In this document: in pieces, positions 21,552-35,484 of the stretch
How the letters are laid out: each line of letters opens with the position of its first letter
Position numbering within the stretch: position 1 is the first letter of the stretch
Assembly (NCBI GenBank): GCA_001244265.2
Contig: LN717261.1
Span: forward strand, 62,001 to 126,000
DNA: 64,000 bases
Source: Microbotryum violaceum
Lineage: Eukaryota
Direction of reading: 5' to 3'
Program-made: the position numbers and the translations under genes
The notes under the pieces: generated by a model
Seen by the model: the letters and a program-made list of their open reading frames with translations, nothing else
Databases searched by the model: none
Told to the model about the DNA's origin: nothing

Positions 21552-24500
21552 ATGGAGAACGATGATCCCTCCTCCGTGCTCTCCCAACTCGGATCTTTCG
21601 CCTTGACCGAAGTATTCAAGGATCTAGGTCTCGACCTCGAACGAGATTCACTTTCGTCCGTTCAATCCCAGCTGGGTTTAGGCGCAACTCATCATAGCGG
21701 TTCAGCAACGGGTGGAGATGGATTAAGTAAGGATTTGGTTTATGATGGCAAGTTTGTCGATGAGGAGGAGGAAGAGGAAGAGGAAGAGGAAGAGGAAGAG
21801 GAAAGCGAAGATGACTTGGAACGACAAGTCGATCAGGAGATGTACGACGAGTCACACACCACCACCTCCTTGCCACTTTCTACTCCCGCATTGACCGGTC
21901 GAAAACCGACGAGTTTGGTCAGAGGGGAGGAGGATGACTTTGATGAGGATGATGAGCAGGACCCACAACAGACGTCGACCGTCACCGACAAGGACGTCGA
22001 GATGGCTCACTCCAACTCGCACTCGGAAGAGGAACACCTCCTCCAATCCGTCAAGGCCGAACCCATCGATCACGAGCACACCACCTCGAGCATCCCCCAC
22101 GAGCCACTCGCGACCGTTCCCGAGGTCGAACCCACCCCGCTCCTCGATCGACTCCGACTCGGGCCTACCCCCACACCCGTACCCGTACCCGTACCCGCAC
22201 CCGTACCTGCACCCGTACCTGCACCCGCACCCGCACCGGCGATCTTTCCATCCACCACCAACGACCACCCTACCCCATCCATCTCCACCGCCGCACCCTC
22301 AGCGACATCCTTCGCCTCCATGCTGGATCCCCTCCCCGTTTCGATGATGCCGATCGTGCCACCTATGCCCCAGTATTCGGTCAAAGAACTCTTCCCCTCC
22401 TTCGAATACAGCCAAACCCTAGACTTTACCGACCTATTTGCTGTTCGACCCAGAAAGAGGGCCAAAAAACTCGTTTCAATACTTCAATGTGACTACCCGA
22501 AACCTTACATCAAGAACCCACACTCGATTCAAAAACTAATCTCATCTTTGTTTCCCAGTCACCCTCCCGCCAGAACAAGAGATTAGAACATCCAAATCGA
22601 CGCGCGATACCCTCTTAGAACCTATGAAACCACTCCCACCTACGAGTCATCTCAAGCAATTATTGAGCGAATCTCAGTACAAGGAGACGGAGGAATGGGA
22701 GGAGGAAGGAAATAGTGAAGACGAATTGTACAAAGCGATCGAGGTGAGTTTTTGTCTTTTATGTTCCCAGCAAAATGACTTACGCGCGAATTGACGAAAT
22801 AGGCTTTCTTGGCAGCGCTCGAATCGAATGACCACGTCCAAGTGGCAGATTCCTGATTCAATTCATGGGTTCGATAACGCCGAGTTGGACGATTGGGAGG
22901 ACAAGATCATTTGGGGACCTGATACCATCGCGTGAGTCATGCGCATCGATAAGAAACCCACCTCGATTAGATCACCCTTTTTCCTGAGCTTGGCCAAACA
23001 TCATCAAACCCCTTCCCACAGACCCCGAACTTTGATTCATGATCCTCTTGCTCCTCGTAATATCGACTTTGAACGAGGCGATTGGACCAAATCGATCATT
23101 TGGGATGCCTCCAAACCGTACAAGGATTTCACTCGACTCAACCTCAACCTCAACGATCGACAAATGATTCTCGAAGTTCAAGCACCGACTTTAAATTCCA
23201 TAACCGCATCCGATAAACCGACAGAAGTTACACCTATCGGTCTCGTTATCGAAAAAGAACCTGGTTTGGATCCTTTCAACATTTCAAACGATCGCGAATA
23301 CGTCGTTACGAAGGACGCGAAGCAAAAGATTCGACAAACTTTTGGTTCACTCGAGGTACAACATGCTCACCCGGCTGCCAAGTTACAATTACCTTTCTAC
23401 AAGACGCGCATGACCAAGAATGATATGCGTTCCTTTCATCGACCGACCTTACAATTCCCTCAAAACGTTCCTTTATCATTCGACAAATCACGTTCATCCA
23501 AGAAGAAAAAGGACGCTTTAGGTAAAAAAGTCAAAGGAAACGAATTGAGGCACATGATCGACATTACGCTCAAAGATACTTCACCTTTCGTCTTGTGGGA
23601 ATATTCGGAAGAAACGCCACCTATCATTTCCAACGTTGGGATGGGTAGCATTATCGTCAATTATTATCGCAAAAGGGATCCAACCGATAATTTCGTTCCC
23701 AATCTCGATTTAGGCGAACCTCTAATTCTCGAAGGAACTGACGAATCACCTTTTAAAGCATTCGGTTACGTTCATCCAGGTCAAACCGTTCCAGCTTTAT
23801 ACAACAACCTAATCCGTGCACCACTATTCCGTCATCGTCCACCTACGACCGATTTCCTAATCTGTCGAGTCACGATCGAAGGTGAAACCAAGTACTACAT
23901 TCGAGAAATCAAGAACATGTTCGTACTGGGTCAAACTTATCCCTTGAATGAAGTTCCTGGACCTCATTCAAGAAAAGTGACTACCTTGGTCAAGAATCGA
24001 TTACAAAATATTACGTTCAAATTGATCGAAAAGAATCCACATCATCGAATCAAGGTACATCGATTGACGAGGTATTTTCCTGATCAGAATGATTTACAAA
24101 TGAGGCAAAGGTTGAAGGTTAGTAATAAACTGGATAGGGTTTTTTTTTTTTTTTTTTTTTTTTTTTCTGAGACGAAGAAAAAAAAAAAAGTGAGAACTTT
24201 CGCTGACTCGTTTTTATTTATTTTAGGAATTCATGGAATTCAATCGAAAAGGACCCAACCAAGGTTTCTGGATGATCAAAAAAACCGTCGTCGTTCCTGA
24301 CGATACCGAAATGATGAAACTAGCCACTCCCGAAATGGTTTGTCTAGCCGAATCGATGCAAGTCGGTTTACGTCACCTCCAAGACGCAGGTTACGGTGCC
24401 GCAGCCGAAGAAGGTGGTGCTGGTGATGATGATTCCAAACTTGATATCGAACAACAATTGGCGCCTTGGATAACGACTAAAAATTTCATCAATGCGACGG

Positions 24501-24631
24501 CGAATAAAGCCATGTTGAAATTACATGGTGAAGGCGATCCTACTGGAAGAGGGGAGGCTTTCTCTTTTTTGAGAACTTCGATGAAGGATATTTTTTTGAG
24601 GGCAGGTGAATTGATGCAGGAACGTTTGGGT

Positions 24632-24670
<39 letters not shown>

Positions 24671-25887
24671 CCTATTCACTAGAAGAAAAGCAAAGAACTT
24701 TTGCGTCATCGTGTTTGTCGGGGAGGAAGGTTAGACTGATACCACACACGTGTGTTGAACACCCACAGCGCAAATGGAATCCCGACCTAAATCTGCCCAT
24801 CGTTACAACGTTCAAGAGCAACAAGATGTTTACAAGGAAGAGATCGCTCGTATTTGGAAAGCTCAATGGGATTCACTTCGAAACCCTATCGAACCCGACT
24901 TAACGGCGGAGGATGAAGAAAGAGCTAGAGGTGCGGCGGTTACGGCTGCTGCTAATGAGAAGATGGTCAAGATTAGACAGAGGCAGGAAAGACATGGTAC
25001 GAATTCGTTGATCGATCATGGAACGCCGGTACCGGGAACTCCTGGACCTGGTGGTGGAAGTCGTGCGAGTTCACCGGCCGAATCTGTTGGTTCCGGAGCG
25101 GGGGTGGAGAAACAAGCCAAGACGTTGAGGATCAAGAGATTGATCGAAGGAAAGTGGGAGACGGAAATCGTGAGGGACCCGACGATCATTAGTGCGTATG
25201 TGAGGCAGAGGAAGACGATTGAGGAGGAAAAGACCGAGGCGGATGATTTGTTACCGTCGGATGATGAGGGTAAGAATGAGAGGGCGAGGAAGAGGTGCGT
25301 TCGGAATTCATCTTCTGGCTCGGTGAGCTCGGAACCGAACTAATCTTAAAATCTCATGAACTCTGTTTAACAGGCTCAAGGAGCAACTCGAAAAGCTCAA
25401 ACGCAATCAAGAACGCCGTCTTGCACGCAAATCCGCCAAACTCGGCGTCCCCATCAGCCAAGTCAACGTCGGCGGAAAGGGATATGTCAAGACCGAAACC
25501 ACTCGAATCTGCGGCAACTGCGGCCAAAGGGGACATATGAAAACGTCAAAAAAGTTGTGTCCGAGATGGCACGAATTCAATGCGCCCAAGGGTCCGGAAC
25601 CTTCTTCAACTTTGGGTTCGGGCTTTGGTGGTGGTTTGGCATTACCTTCCCTCGGTGGAGGGGGTGGTCCAAGTGGTCCCAACAAAGCAGGTGGGAAAGC
25701 GGGTTCACCACCACCAATTCAAGTGGGTACACCTTCAGTATCGACACCAACAGCCTCGGGATCCGCTAAAGCGACGCTCAAATTTAAGTTGTCGACGAAT
25801 AACTCGGGGTCGGCTTCTTCGCCTCCGGCTGCTGCGCCGGCGACGCCGAGTGGAGATACGGCGATGGGGGAAGTGGAGCATTTTTGA
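21552..25887 (+). CDS. TAF1: TFIID subunit Taf1 (fungal type, no bromodomains), multi-exon
   Basis: DUF3591-type core DPFNISND..., HAHPAAKLQLPFYKT, RSFHRP, EYSEETPPIISNVGMGS, LYNNLIRAPLFRH, LAPWITTKNFINAT, GDPTGRGEAFSF. C-terminal zinc knuckle CGNCGQRGHMKTSKKLCP. Confidence 0.96.
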
Positions 25888-27268
25888 GTGGACGGGATTT
25901 GAATAGTTGGGACGCAGTTGTTTTGCATTTCTCACACCCATTCTCAGGTCTGTGTTCTTTTCTGATCCGTTCTTAATGATCGAGCGGCAATTTATGGCCA
26001 GTGAGCGAGCTACGCTGCTGGAGAGTCGATGTCAGAAGTGCGCCGTATTAAGAGACGTCCGCTACCGTCAAATATTGCGCTTCTACCACGAGCCTGGAGA
26101 CGACTCTTCTTCTTATTTTGACTAGCCTGCTTTTCCCCTTACCCATTGCTTGTCTTTCTCTTCTCCCTCTCCCTTAGCACCTTCTAGGAGACTTCAGCCA
26201 GCCTCTTGAAGCGCTGGAGAATACTCTCACAAGTAGATGTCCCCAGTCTTCATGCCTCTTCCGCAAAAGAGGACGCAGAAGAATTTGCGCAGCACTCACC
26301 TCATAGGATATCGATCGCCTTTTTCGACAAGCGAACTGTTTCAAGGGTCAAGCGATGAGGAAAGTCTTTTTATCAACGACCATTAGCTTGAATGGTGCAA
26401 GTTCTCATCACTGTCTCACTACCTCGGAACTTGGAAGAGTGCATTGACATTCACATTCAAGCTAGTCGAACGAGTGCACACAAGTTTCATCAGTTTGTCG
26501 AGCGCTCACTTCATCGTGTCAAGTCGCTCGGAACAACCGTCCCATCGAGGGTGTCGTCGTTGCATCGTCAAGGTCATTCTCGCTTCGATTGTCTTTCATT
26601 CCGGAACTTTTACATCGGTTCATTTCTAGGGCAGCGCGCCCAATCAAGTCAGCTCTTTATTTGCCTTCTACCCAGAGAGCAATGATTGAGATGGATTTAC
26701 CTTCCCTTGGTGCTTGGGGACAACGGCAAGGAGTCACTGCGCAGCCTTGCCCACGCATAGTACTAGCCACCGCTGCTTTGGAAGGACGGTAAAGACCTTT
26801 CTTCATGCATGTAGCTGATGGGAATCGCGTGGATACGTAGGGTACTCGATAGAGCAGACGAAGGGGTGTTTTCCGATCACAAGTCACTGCAGCGACTCAT
26901 GAGTTCTGCGAGTCGGACGACTCGGACTCAGAAGTTGCCGTCAAGAGCGTGCAGTGCAGTGAGCGCTCAGCATTGCGGTGGACTTGTCACATACCATATT
27001 CTCGCCCCTCCAGTGATATGAAACTCCCTGATTCATGCTGTTCGCGATTTCACAATTTTCGCCCATCGCCGTGTCAAATTTGGCTCCGAGTGTGCCTGAC
27101 GACTCACCGCGCTTTCACGCCCGAATGCGAGGTGATCAAGCAGCGCGTCATTCTGAGCTACGTCATCAGCTCCCTTCCCCAGCAGCTGAAGCGAGACTCG
27201 ACGCGCGCCGGCTGCTTCTTCCGCAGTTCACATCTGCCTGTCTGTCTCTTCTGTACATCAAACACATA

Positions 27269-29875
27269 ATGTCCAAAGCGGAAGATCCACCCGTCACTAT
27301 GTCTCAGTCTGAGTCAGGACCTCCGTCGCATCTCGCCGGCGTCGGCACTGGCAGCTGGAACCAAGGTGAGCCTCGGACGAGTCAGGACTCCGCACGACCA
27401 TCGCCTCCTCCCCGCACACTAGCCTCAGCCTTTGCGCCTTTCAACCGCTCATTCGTGCCGCCATCTCTATAGCTACTTCCACCGTGATACCAGTCGATGA
27501 TGAGCCCAAGCCCGCCTCTGTACCGAGCCCGTCTTTTACTCCAGCTCCAGTTGAAGCGCCATCATCGCAAGGTGACGTCAAGCCGCTGCCCGTCGGCAAC
27601 AATGTGCATCCTACCACCCAACAAGCACACGCCGCGTGCGCTTCCGAGTCGCTCGTACAAGCGCAAGCCGACAAGGTCGAACAAGCCGATCGAGTCGCTC
27701 ACGGCAAACCCGAAAAAGGTCGTTTCGTGCCCGGCATCTCGGACGATCGTCTATGGGCACTGCGTAGGCGCTTCGACAGTCAGATCGTACATGTGCTCTC
27801 ACCTCCGACCAAACTTCCGCCCGGCGAACCCGATTTGAGGTCGACGACATTGCCCAGTGTTCCCTTCAACTCGGACCTGCTGAGGTCGAATGCTGAACGT
27901 GTATATGCTACCGCCGGTAAGTATAGGAGTCGAGCCGTCGACACTTATCGCGTCGGACGAATCACTGACTCGATAAGGAAACTTCTGTTCAAACAGGCGT
28001 CTGGTCCATTTACTTTGCGCGCGAAAGTGAGAAAGATTTATTCTCTGCTTGTTCCGCTTCTCACTGCTGTCGGCTGATCTTACTCTCTCTCCGTTCTTAG
28101 TGGGTCGTCTCATGAGCTGGGACGAAGAAAATCGCATTCGCACGGGCATTTGGTGCACCAGCTACTTCCTTGTATGCTGGTGCGACTTCGTCATCCCCAC
28201 CATCATGCTACTTCTCATCCTCCTCGTCTCCTTCACTCCCTCCCGAGCGGTCCTCTTCCCCCCTGTGCATCCCCCTCCGGGCGTGCCTCATTCTGCCACC
28301 GACCCGACCCAACGCAAGGGTGACGAATCTAAAATTGCTGGCGTTGGTCACCCTGTTGAACATCGATCCAAGAGCGAGCAGATTGAACAACAAGCTTGGG
28401 AAATGACGAACACGCTTCAGCGCTTTGGTGCTCGAGTCGTGGTCGGTGGACAGGGCAAGGGTAAGCGTGGCAATGCCACTGTCGGCCGCAAGCAAGGCGC
28501 CGATGAGTACTCGGACTCCAGCGACGACGAGGAGGACAGTGAGGACGAGGAGGCAGAAGTACCAGCAGCTGGTGGTAAAGAAGGGGAAGTCGTCGTTGTG
28601 GGTCCTGATGGGCAGCCCGAGAAGAAGATGACGGCGAAGGAAAAGCGCAAAAAGGCAGCGCGCGAGGCGAAAAAGAAGCGGGACGAAAAAGTTGGGCGCA
28701 TGGCGAAAGGTCTGCAAGACGGATTGGGTGACTTTGCCGACGCGCTCGAACGATTCGCGAATGCGGTTTCCCCTCCTCGACCGTACCCTCATACGGACGC
28801 ACGCTACAAGCTCGCCGGTGCGATACTGGTCCCCATCCTACTCGTCACCGCCATCGTCCCGGCGCATGTTTGGTCTCGCGTCTCGTCCGTCTCGTTTGGT
28901 ATTGGATTCTTTGGTCAACCATTGCTCAAGCGAGCAGGTCGCAAATTTGTCGAACTCGTTCCCGACTGGCAAGAGAAGCTCGATCTTCGCAAGTAAGTTT
29001 TACTATGCTGCTCCAATGCAGCGTTGTCAAGATTTTGCCGAAGTTGACGATTTTGTATCAACTTGATATGTTGCAGCTCGATTCTCTCAAAGGTCCCGAC
29101 AAACGCTCAGCTCACTCTGCACATGCTTCGCGTCAAAGAGGCGGCGTACAACCCCTTGCCGCCACCGCCGACCGCTCCTACTCCTGCACATGTTAAAGCG
29201 GAGATTGAAAAGACTGCAGACGTCGACGACTCAGACGAATTACCTGACAAGTCCGCCAAGCACGTCGATTCCAAGACGGGCGAAACCGATACTGGTGCCG
29301 ACGAGGACGAAGGAGGTGACGGTGGCGCTGGTGTGCGTGGCAAGGTCGTCAAAAAGAGCAAGAAGGGCCTACTGGGTGGATTGAAGCTCATGGCGAAGAA
29401 GGGAGTCGACAAGGCCTTCTTCCAATCGCGCGTCAAGGACCGCGATATGATTGAGAGGTTTCCCGCCAAGTTCGAGGGTTCGTCCGGTGAGCTCGTCATC
29501 ACGCACGAGTTCGGTCAACCCGCCCTGGTATCGTTCGTCCCCGCTTCGTCGTTGAACAAGAAGACGATGTTCGAAAGGCCGATCGATGATCTTGTTGAAG
29601 TGAAGAAGAGTGGCGTTTGGATCGGCCGCGCCGTATTGGGCTGGGCCGCAGGTGCGAGTCTCGAAGGTGCCGGTTTGGAACTTAGGTTCAAGGACGCGCA
29701 ACTTCGTGAAGCCGATTCCATCGGCAAGCAACAGCACGAGGTGCTAGGCGAGGTGAATCCTCATGATGAACAGCATGAAGGCGATACCGTGTGCTTCTCC
29801 CACGTGGTCAGGAGGGACCAGTTCTTTGCGAGGTTGATTTCGATCCCTCAAAACACCAAGTGGGAGACGCTCTAG
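27269..29875 (+). CDS. DUF3292-like fungal membrane protein, multi-exon
   Basis: LRRRFD.QI.HV, LRSNAERVYAT and RLMSWDE..RT..WC..YF followed by hydrophobic segments and LFPP; VPTNAQLTLHMLR. ORFs 27484-28077, 28049-28996 and 29063-29875 are joined by GT-AG introns. Confidence 0.75.
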
Positions 29876-30112
29876 AGGCGCTTCATGTCACGTTGAAATC
29901 TACATCATACTTGAATTTCCGCAGTCGTGTCTTGTTCAATGTGAATTCAATCATGTATGGCTCTGTTCAGTGGCATCTTGATAGACACTGCAGCCCGAAT
30001 GTGCCCAGCTAGCTGGGGAGAGAAAATTCGTTCGTGATAAATATTTACAAAAATACTGAACCTGCACATATTCAATAAGCGAAGTAGCGAGACAAATACT
30101 ACCAAACTCTCT

Positions 30113-32955
30113 TCACGAGATCGTCTCAGCCTTCAAGACCAACGCATCAACCTCGCTCTCCCCGACCCCAACTCGGCGCTGAACGAACTCCCTCGTCTTG
30201 AGCGCCAACGCTTCCCATTCCTCCTTCAACTCGCCCATATGCTTCTGCCAATACGCCAATACGAGCAAAGCGATCAAAACATCTTCATCCTCTACTCCAA
30301 CTCGAGACTTCCACTCCTCGTCCAACTTGGTAAATCCAAGGACTTGAAGCACCAGCTTCTCAAAAGACCCGTCGAAGGCTTGAGCTCGAGCGATCTTGTC
30401 GAGTCGGTCCGAATCGGTCTCGGCAGTAGAAGGGGTCCCTAATCGATCCATCATTGAATCACCCTGAGCACCGCACACCATCCCACCGCCTCGTAGACTG
30501 AAGGACCTCGGAGCCGCTCCCGGTCCCGGTCCACCGCCGATTACTTGGGCCCTACTCCCGAACTTGTAATCCCTCTTCGATTGGGGCATCATCATCGTCA
30601 TCGGTGCCGCATAAGCCATCATCGGTCCAGGGGCGACGGGAGCCGAGAAAGTTGTCATCGGAGTTGCACCACCCGGAGGCGAGGGCGCACAAGCAGCAAG
30701 CATCCTCATTCCCCTTCCTGAAGTGGCTCCACCTCCGATCCCATCATAAGTCGGCGACATATTGTTGCGAGATCGAGCCGCTTGTCGTTTCGCGTGTTCT
30801 TCCACCGATCCGGACTCGTCGACGGCGATGAAAGAAGTGTGCGAAGAAGTGATCGCGTACGTCGTTCCGAGACGTACGATCTCCGCTTGGAGCTGGCGTT
30901 CGTTCTTGTGGGGTTGATCCGCAGTCGTCGAGGTGTCTTCGAAGGCTTGGATCAGCTTCTTGGCTGCGATGACGTGGATCGAGGTAGAAGGGGTGGGAGA
31001 AACTATGACGGGGATCTTGAGTTCGAAATCCTCGCCGTCGAAAGACTGGGCACAAAGGATGACCTCTTGGGGAATTGTGACGCTCGTATTGAGGATGGCA
31101 TAAACGTGCATCCTCGACCCAGAATAGAGCGACTTGATCACGCCTGGAACCTGTTGGATTCGAGGAGCAGGTGCCAAACTGACGGGCTCGACCTTGAGAA
31201 CCGGAGAGGATGCGCTTTCGAGAGCATCGATGGATGGGTCGAAGAGTGAGACTGGCGTCTGTTTTTCCTGCCCTTGCTGCGCATCGGGTTCCGGTTGATC
31301 GACCATCTCGAAATCCGAATTCTTGTCATCCTCTTCCACGGCCTCCATCTTCGTGACTACGTCATCTCGACCACCATAGTCGATCTCTATCTTGCTGAAC
31401 GGCTTGGATCTGGCGGCCTTGAGTAGTCTCGCCGTCTTGCCCGTGAATGACTCGCCATCGACGACGAACTGGCACGTCCCATCACCGATCCTGGCTATAC
31501 CTTCGCACATCGCCGTCGACGCCGAGTTACCGATGCCCAGAACGAAGACCCTCAAAGGCGTTCTCCTACCCGCCGAATCAACGGCTTGACGAACGGTGTC
31601 AAAGACGTTCAAAAGGTCCCACGCGTCTCCATCAGTGAGGAGGAAGACGGAAGTCGGCGTGGTCTTGCGACGTAAGGCAAAAGTTGCTTCGAGCGCGGCT
31701 TTCATCTGTGTGCCACCAAAATCGGCTTCCATCGAGTCGACGAGCTTGGTCGCACAATCCAGTGTACTCTGTGTGGTGTTGAGGCCTGTCAGTACCCAAC
31801 TTTGGTGGACTCAAGTACGGACCATTACTCGACTCACCTGATCATAGACCCGACTCCCACTCTTCCACAACGCCTCATGACCACTCCCAAACGAGATGAT
31901 GTTAAAGCCAGTCCTCCTGCGACTCGGCAAGCTTCTCAACAAGACGACCAACGCCTTTCTTGCCATCGAAATGCGATCGCCATCCATCGACCCACTACGA
32001 TCGACGAGGAAAAGGTATTCCTGCTCTTCAAATTCAGGGGCGTTGAACTTGGGGACGAGAGTGATCGAGAGTGCCGAAGAAGGGTTCGAAGGATGTCGTT
32101 CGGCGATACATCGAGGGTTATCGGAATACTTGGCGACGATGGAGAGCACGAAGTCCTTGTCGAGTGCTCGAGGGGAAGAGAAGGACACGGTCGCGAAATT
32201 TGGAACTTCCTGGGCGGGGACCTGGTCGGCGATCGAGGCGTCGGGTCCCAATTCAGTCGAAACGGTATGCGATGGGCACATGATTTTGCGGATGGCTGAC
32301 AGGGCCTCTATCGAAGTGGTCAAGTCGAAAAAAGTAGTTTCCAAAGTCGAAGTTCGAGAGGCCGAAGGGGAAGAGTCCAAGTCCTTGTCGCCGTAGCGTT
32401 GACCGATGTGCATAGGGAGGTGGAAGCGGATTGAATCGTTCTGTTCGTCCTCGGTGAGCTCGGTCACATATTCGAACTGGATCGTGACTCGTTCTTGAGG
32501 CAAGAGGTTGCCGACGAGCATTTGGAAAGCTGCATTACCAAAGTCAGAAGAACGAGCTCAAGTCAGCAAAGACTTTTTACAACCGAGATTAGACTCCAAC
32601 TGGACTTACTATCAGGGGTCTCTTGAAACAATAAGCTGGCCAACTTGCCCTTCTCTTTAGCTTGCTCGTACTCCTTCTTGGCCTCCTGTTTCTCCTTGAC
32701 GACCCCCTTCACCCTCGTCCCGTTCTGCTTGACCATCTCGAAAGCACACACCGCTCCTCGATCAGGCACAGGAAAGACATAGGTGCAGTCCTGAGTGTGA
32801 TTCGTCTCGTTCTTGTATTCTTGGACCAGTTTGACCGAGGCGGAGAGGTGCTTGATCGACGCGGTCGCATGCACGGATAGAAGCGACACGGAGCGGTACT
32901 CGACTAGCCACGGTTGTGCCACGGTGCGGTCGACGATGTAGAGGAGGCCGTGCAT
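30113..32955 (-). CDS. VIT + von Willebrand A domain protein (VWA5A-like)
   Basis: VIT region YVFPVPDRGAVCAFEM...VKEKQEAKKEYEQA; vWA MIDAS motif FLVDRSGSM, FNIISFGS, FGGT, LLTDGD, VLGIG. Three exons. Confidence 0.92.
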
Positions 32956-33511
32956 GATTGAAGTGAGGGGGTTGTGAAGTGCTGATGTGATGTGATGTGC
33001 AAGTAAGGAAGCAAAAGAACGTCGCAAGGATGGGAGCGAAAGGTCGACCGCGGCGCAGTGTCCCCCTATGTCCCCCCGGGCCGAAACTGGAGCTCCACAT
33101 CGATTTTTCGTCTGCAGTGCAGTGCAGAAGAAAGTCCCAAAGCGCGCGCGCTCGAGGGCGGCGGTGCAGATCGGCCGCGCACTTTGGCGCTGGCGGGAGT
33201 GTTTCAGATGATCTTCTCGATTGGTCATGCTGCAGTTCAGACGAGCTTCAGTGCAGACGAGCTTCGGATTCGCAAAGACAAGGTTCGTATGCACTGATCC
33301 CTCTCGCTTAGTCCGAGTCATGTTCCTCTCGACCCTATCACGTGTCAGTTTTCTCGTTTCCCCGTTTTCAGCTCGACTGCAGCGCACCTAATCTGTACGA
33401 CGAACACAAGCCTGCAATGTATCCACGCCAGACCATTTCCGAAAGGAAGAGGTAGAAACACAGAAGAAACGGTAAAAAGGGATAGCCGCACTGCCTCCCG
33501 CATCGTCCCTA

Positions 33512-35484
33512 TCAGCCCCACCTGAACGTATGCTGGTGGCCGCCCCCTCCCTGGGCCTGCTGGAAGAACTGTTCGAACGGATGCCCGCCACCTCCGCCTT
33601 GGTGGAAGAAGGGTTGGCCGTGGCCTCCGCCGGATTGTGGGTCGTTCGGGTCATCGCCGTTATCGAAGCGTTGTCGGAGCTCTGTCGAAAGAATTGTGTC
33701 AAGAGTCGGCGGTAGTTGAGCAAGTGACTGTAGCGTATGGCATAGCATATGGACGTACCAGGATTGGAGAGCACTTCGTAAGCCTCATTCAATGCAGCCA
33801 TCTTTTGTTCCGAGCCTCCTTCCTTGTCCGGGTGTGCCTTCAGCGTGGCCTTGCGACTGTGAAGAAGGACACAACAGTGGCACATGTCAGAGCCCGTCCA
33901 CGCATTCCAACAATGACGTATTCAACTCACTAAGCCCGCTTGATCGTCTTGCCATCGGCGTCCCTCGAGACTCCCAAGATCTTGTAATAGTCCTATCACA
34001 AGCAAGGAAATAAAGTCTTCGTCAGCTTCCTCATTCAGCACCAAAACCTCGATCAATGGAAACAAAAATGACCTTTTGCTTGGACTGCTTCGCCAACCTC
34101 TGCGCCTTCTGCAGCCTACCTAGCACCTCCCGATCGCTCTGACCGGTCTTCTCGAACGCCGCACTCAACGCCTGAACGGCCTCGTCCCACTTCTCCTCGC
34201 TTAACAGCTTCTCTCCCTTCCCAACAAGACCCCACACGTCATCCGGATTGACCGCAAGAGAAGCCTCGCATGCCGATCGAGCTTTTTGAGTTCGCGAGAT
34301 CATGAGGTACCCGTGGCAGAGATCACTGAGCGCATGTCGGTACAACGGCGAGTGATTGACGAGGTTCGGCGTCGAAGGTAGAGGCGCGTTCTGCTCGTTC
34401 GGTGTCAAGGGTTGCGCATAGGTCTCGAACAAATTCTTAATTTGTTGGATCAAGCCCGGACTGGCGGGTGATCCATTCAGTACAACTGTGACTTCGAGCC
34501 ATCTCCCCGCCTCGGCTGGCGCCTTCCACTTTGACGCGATTTCCCTGTCCATCTTTTTCAACAGCTTGAACACCTTGCGACAGGCTTTGGAGTCGGGATC
34601 GGCATTCAAGCACTTCTTCACGGCGGTCAATCCTTCGCTGTTCAATTCCCTCGCCGCGCCACTTCCCAACGAAGGATCCAACAGGAAGGCCGAGACGAGC
34701 GACCAGCGCAGCATCAACCAATCGGGGAGGGCCGAAGTCAGCGTCGCGGCTCGGGAGAGGTCTCCGACGCTCGAGTCGAACTCGTTCATATGGAGGTAGC
34801 AGTGTGAGCGCAGAAGGCGCAGTTCTTCAGAGTTGGGCGAGATTTGGAGTGCAGTGGTGGCCGAGTTGACGCATTGGGTCCATTGGCGCGCCTTTGAGGC
34901 CTTCTTGGCTTGCTCGAGAGCGGACGAGCCGAGGTTCACTTCCCGTAACTGTTGCAGTGCAAGACTTGGTGAATCAGCACCACTTTTCTTCGGTGATGGT
35001 CTGATTCATACATTTCACTGCCCCAACTGACCAGTTGTGCCGCCTCCTGAGCATGAGCCTGACGAGCGGCCAACTTGGACACCTGTTCCCTCGCGCCCGA
35101 GTACTCTCCTAGCTTGGTCATCGCATGCCCCAACTTGACCCTCGCTTCATCAAACGCATCGTTCCTCTCCAACACATCGTAGAACCCTTCCTTGGCCCGT
35201 GACCATTGTCCCAACGCGTACCGCACCGTCGCGCGTTTGTACAGAGTCGCGACGTCGTTCGGGTCGCGTTCGAGCAAGTGATCATACACCTGCAACGCCG
35301 TCGCCGTCTTGCCCGAAGTCAACGCCGACGTGGCGAGGGAGAGAAGTTGTGCAGCAGGCAACGAAGCGGCATTCTCCGGTAAGCCCCCGCTGGTCGCGGC
35401 CGAGGCCGAAGCGAACGTTGACGAACTGGACGAGGTGGCGAGCACGGCGATGAGCAGACCGAACGACGTGCTTCGTAGTAGCAT
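33512..35484 (-). CDS. Secreted/ER TPR + J-domain co-chaperone (DNAJC3/ERdj6/Jem1-like)
   Basis: Signal-like N-terminus, TPR repeats (TLYKRATVRYALG; KKCLNADPDSKAC), J-domain DYYKILGV...AHPDKEGG...LNEAYEVLSNP|ELRQRFDNGDDP, and a Gly/Phe-rich tail. Confidence 0.92.
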
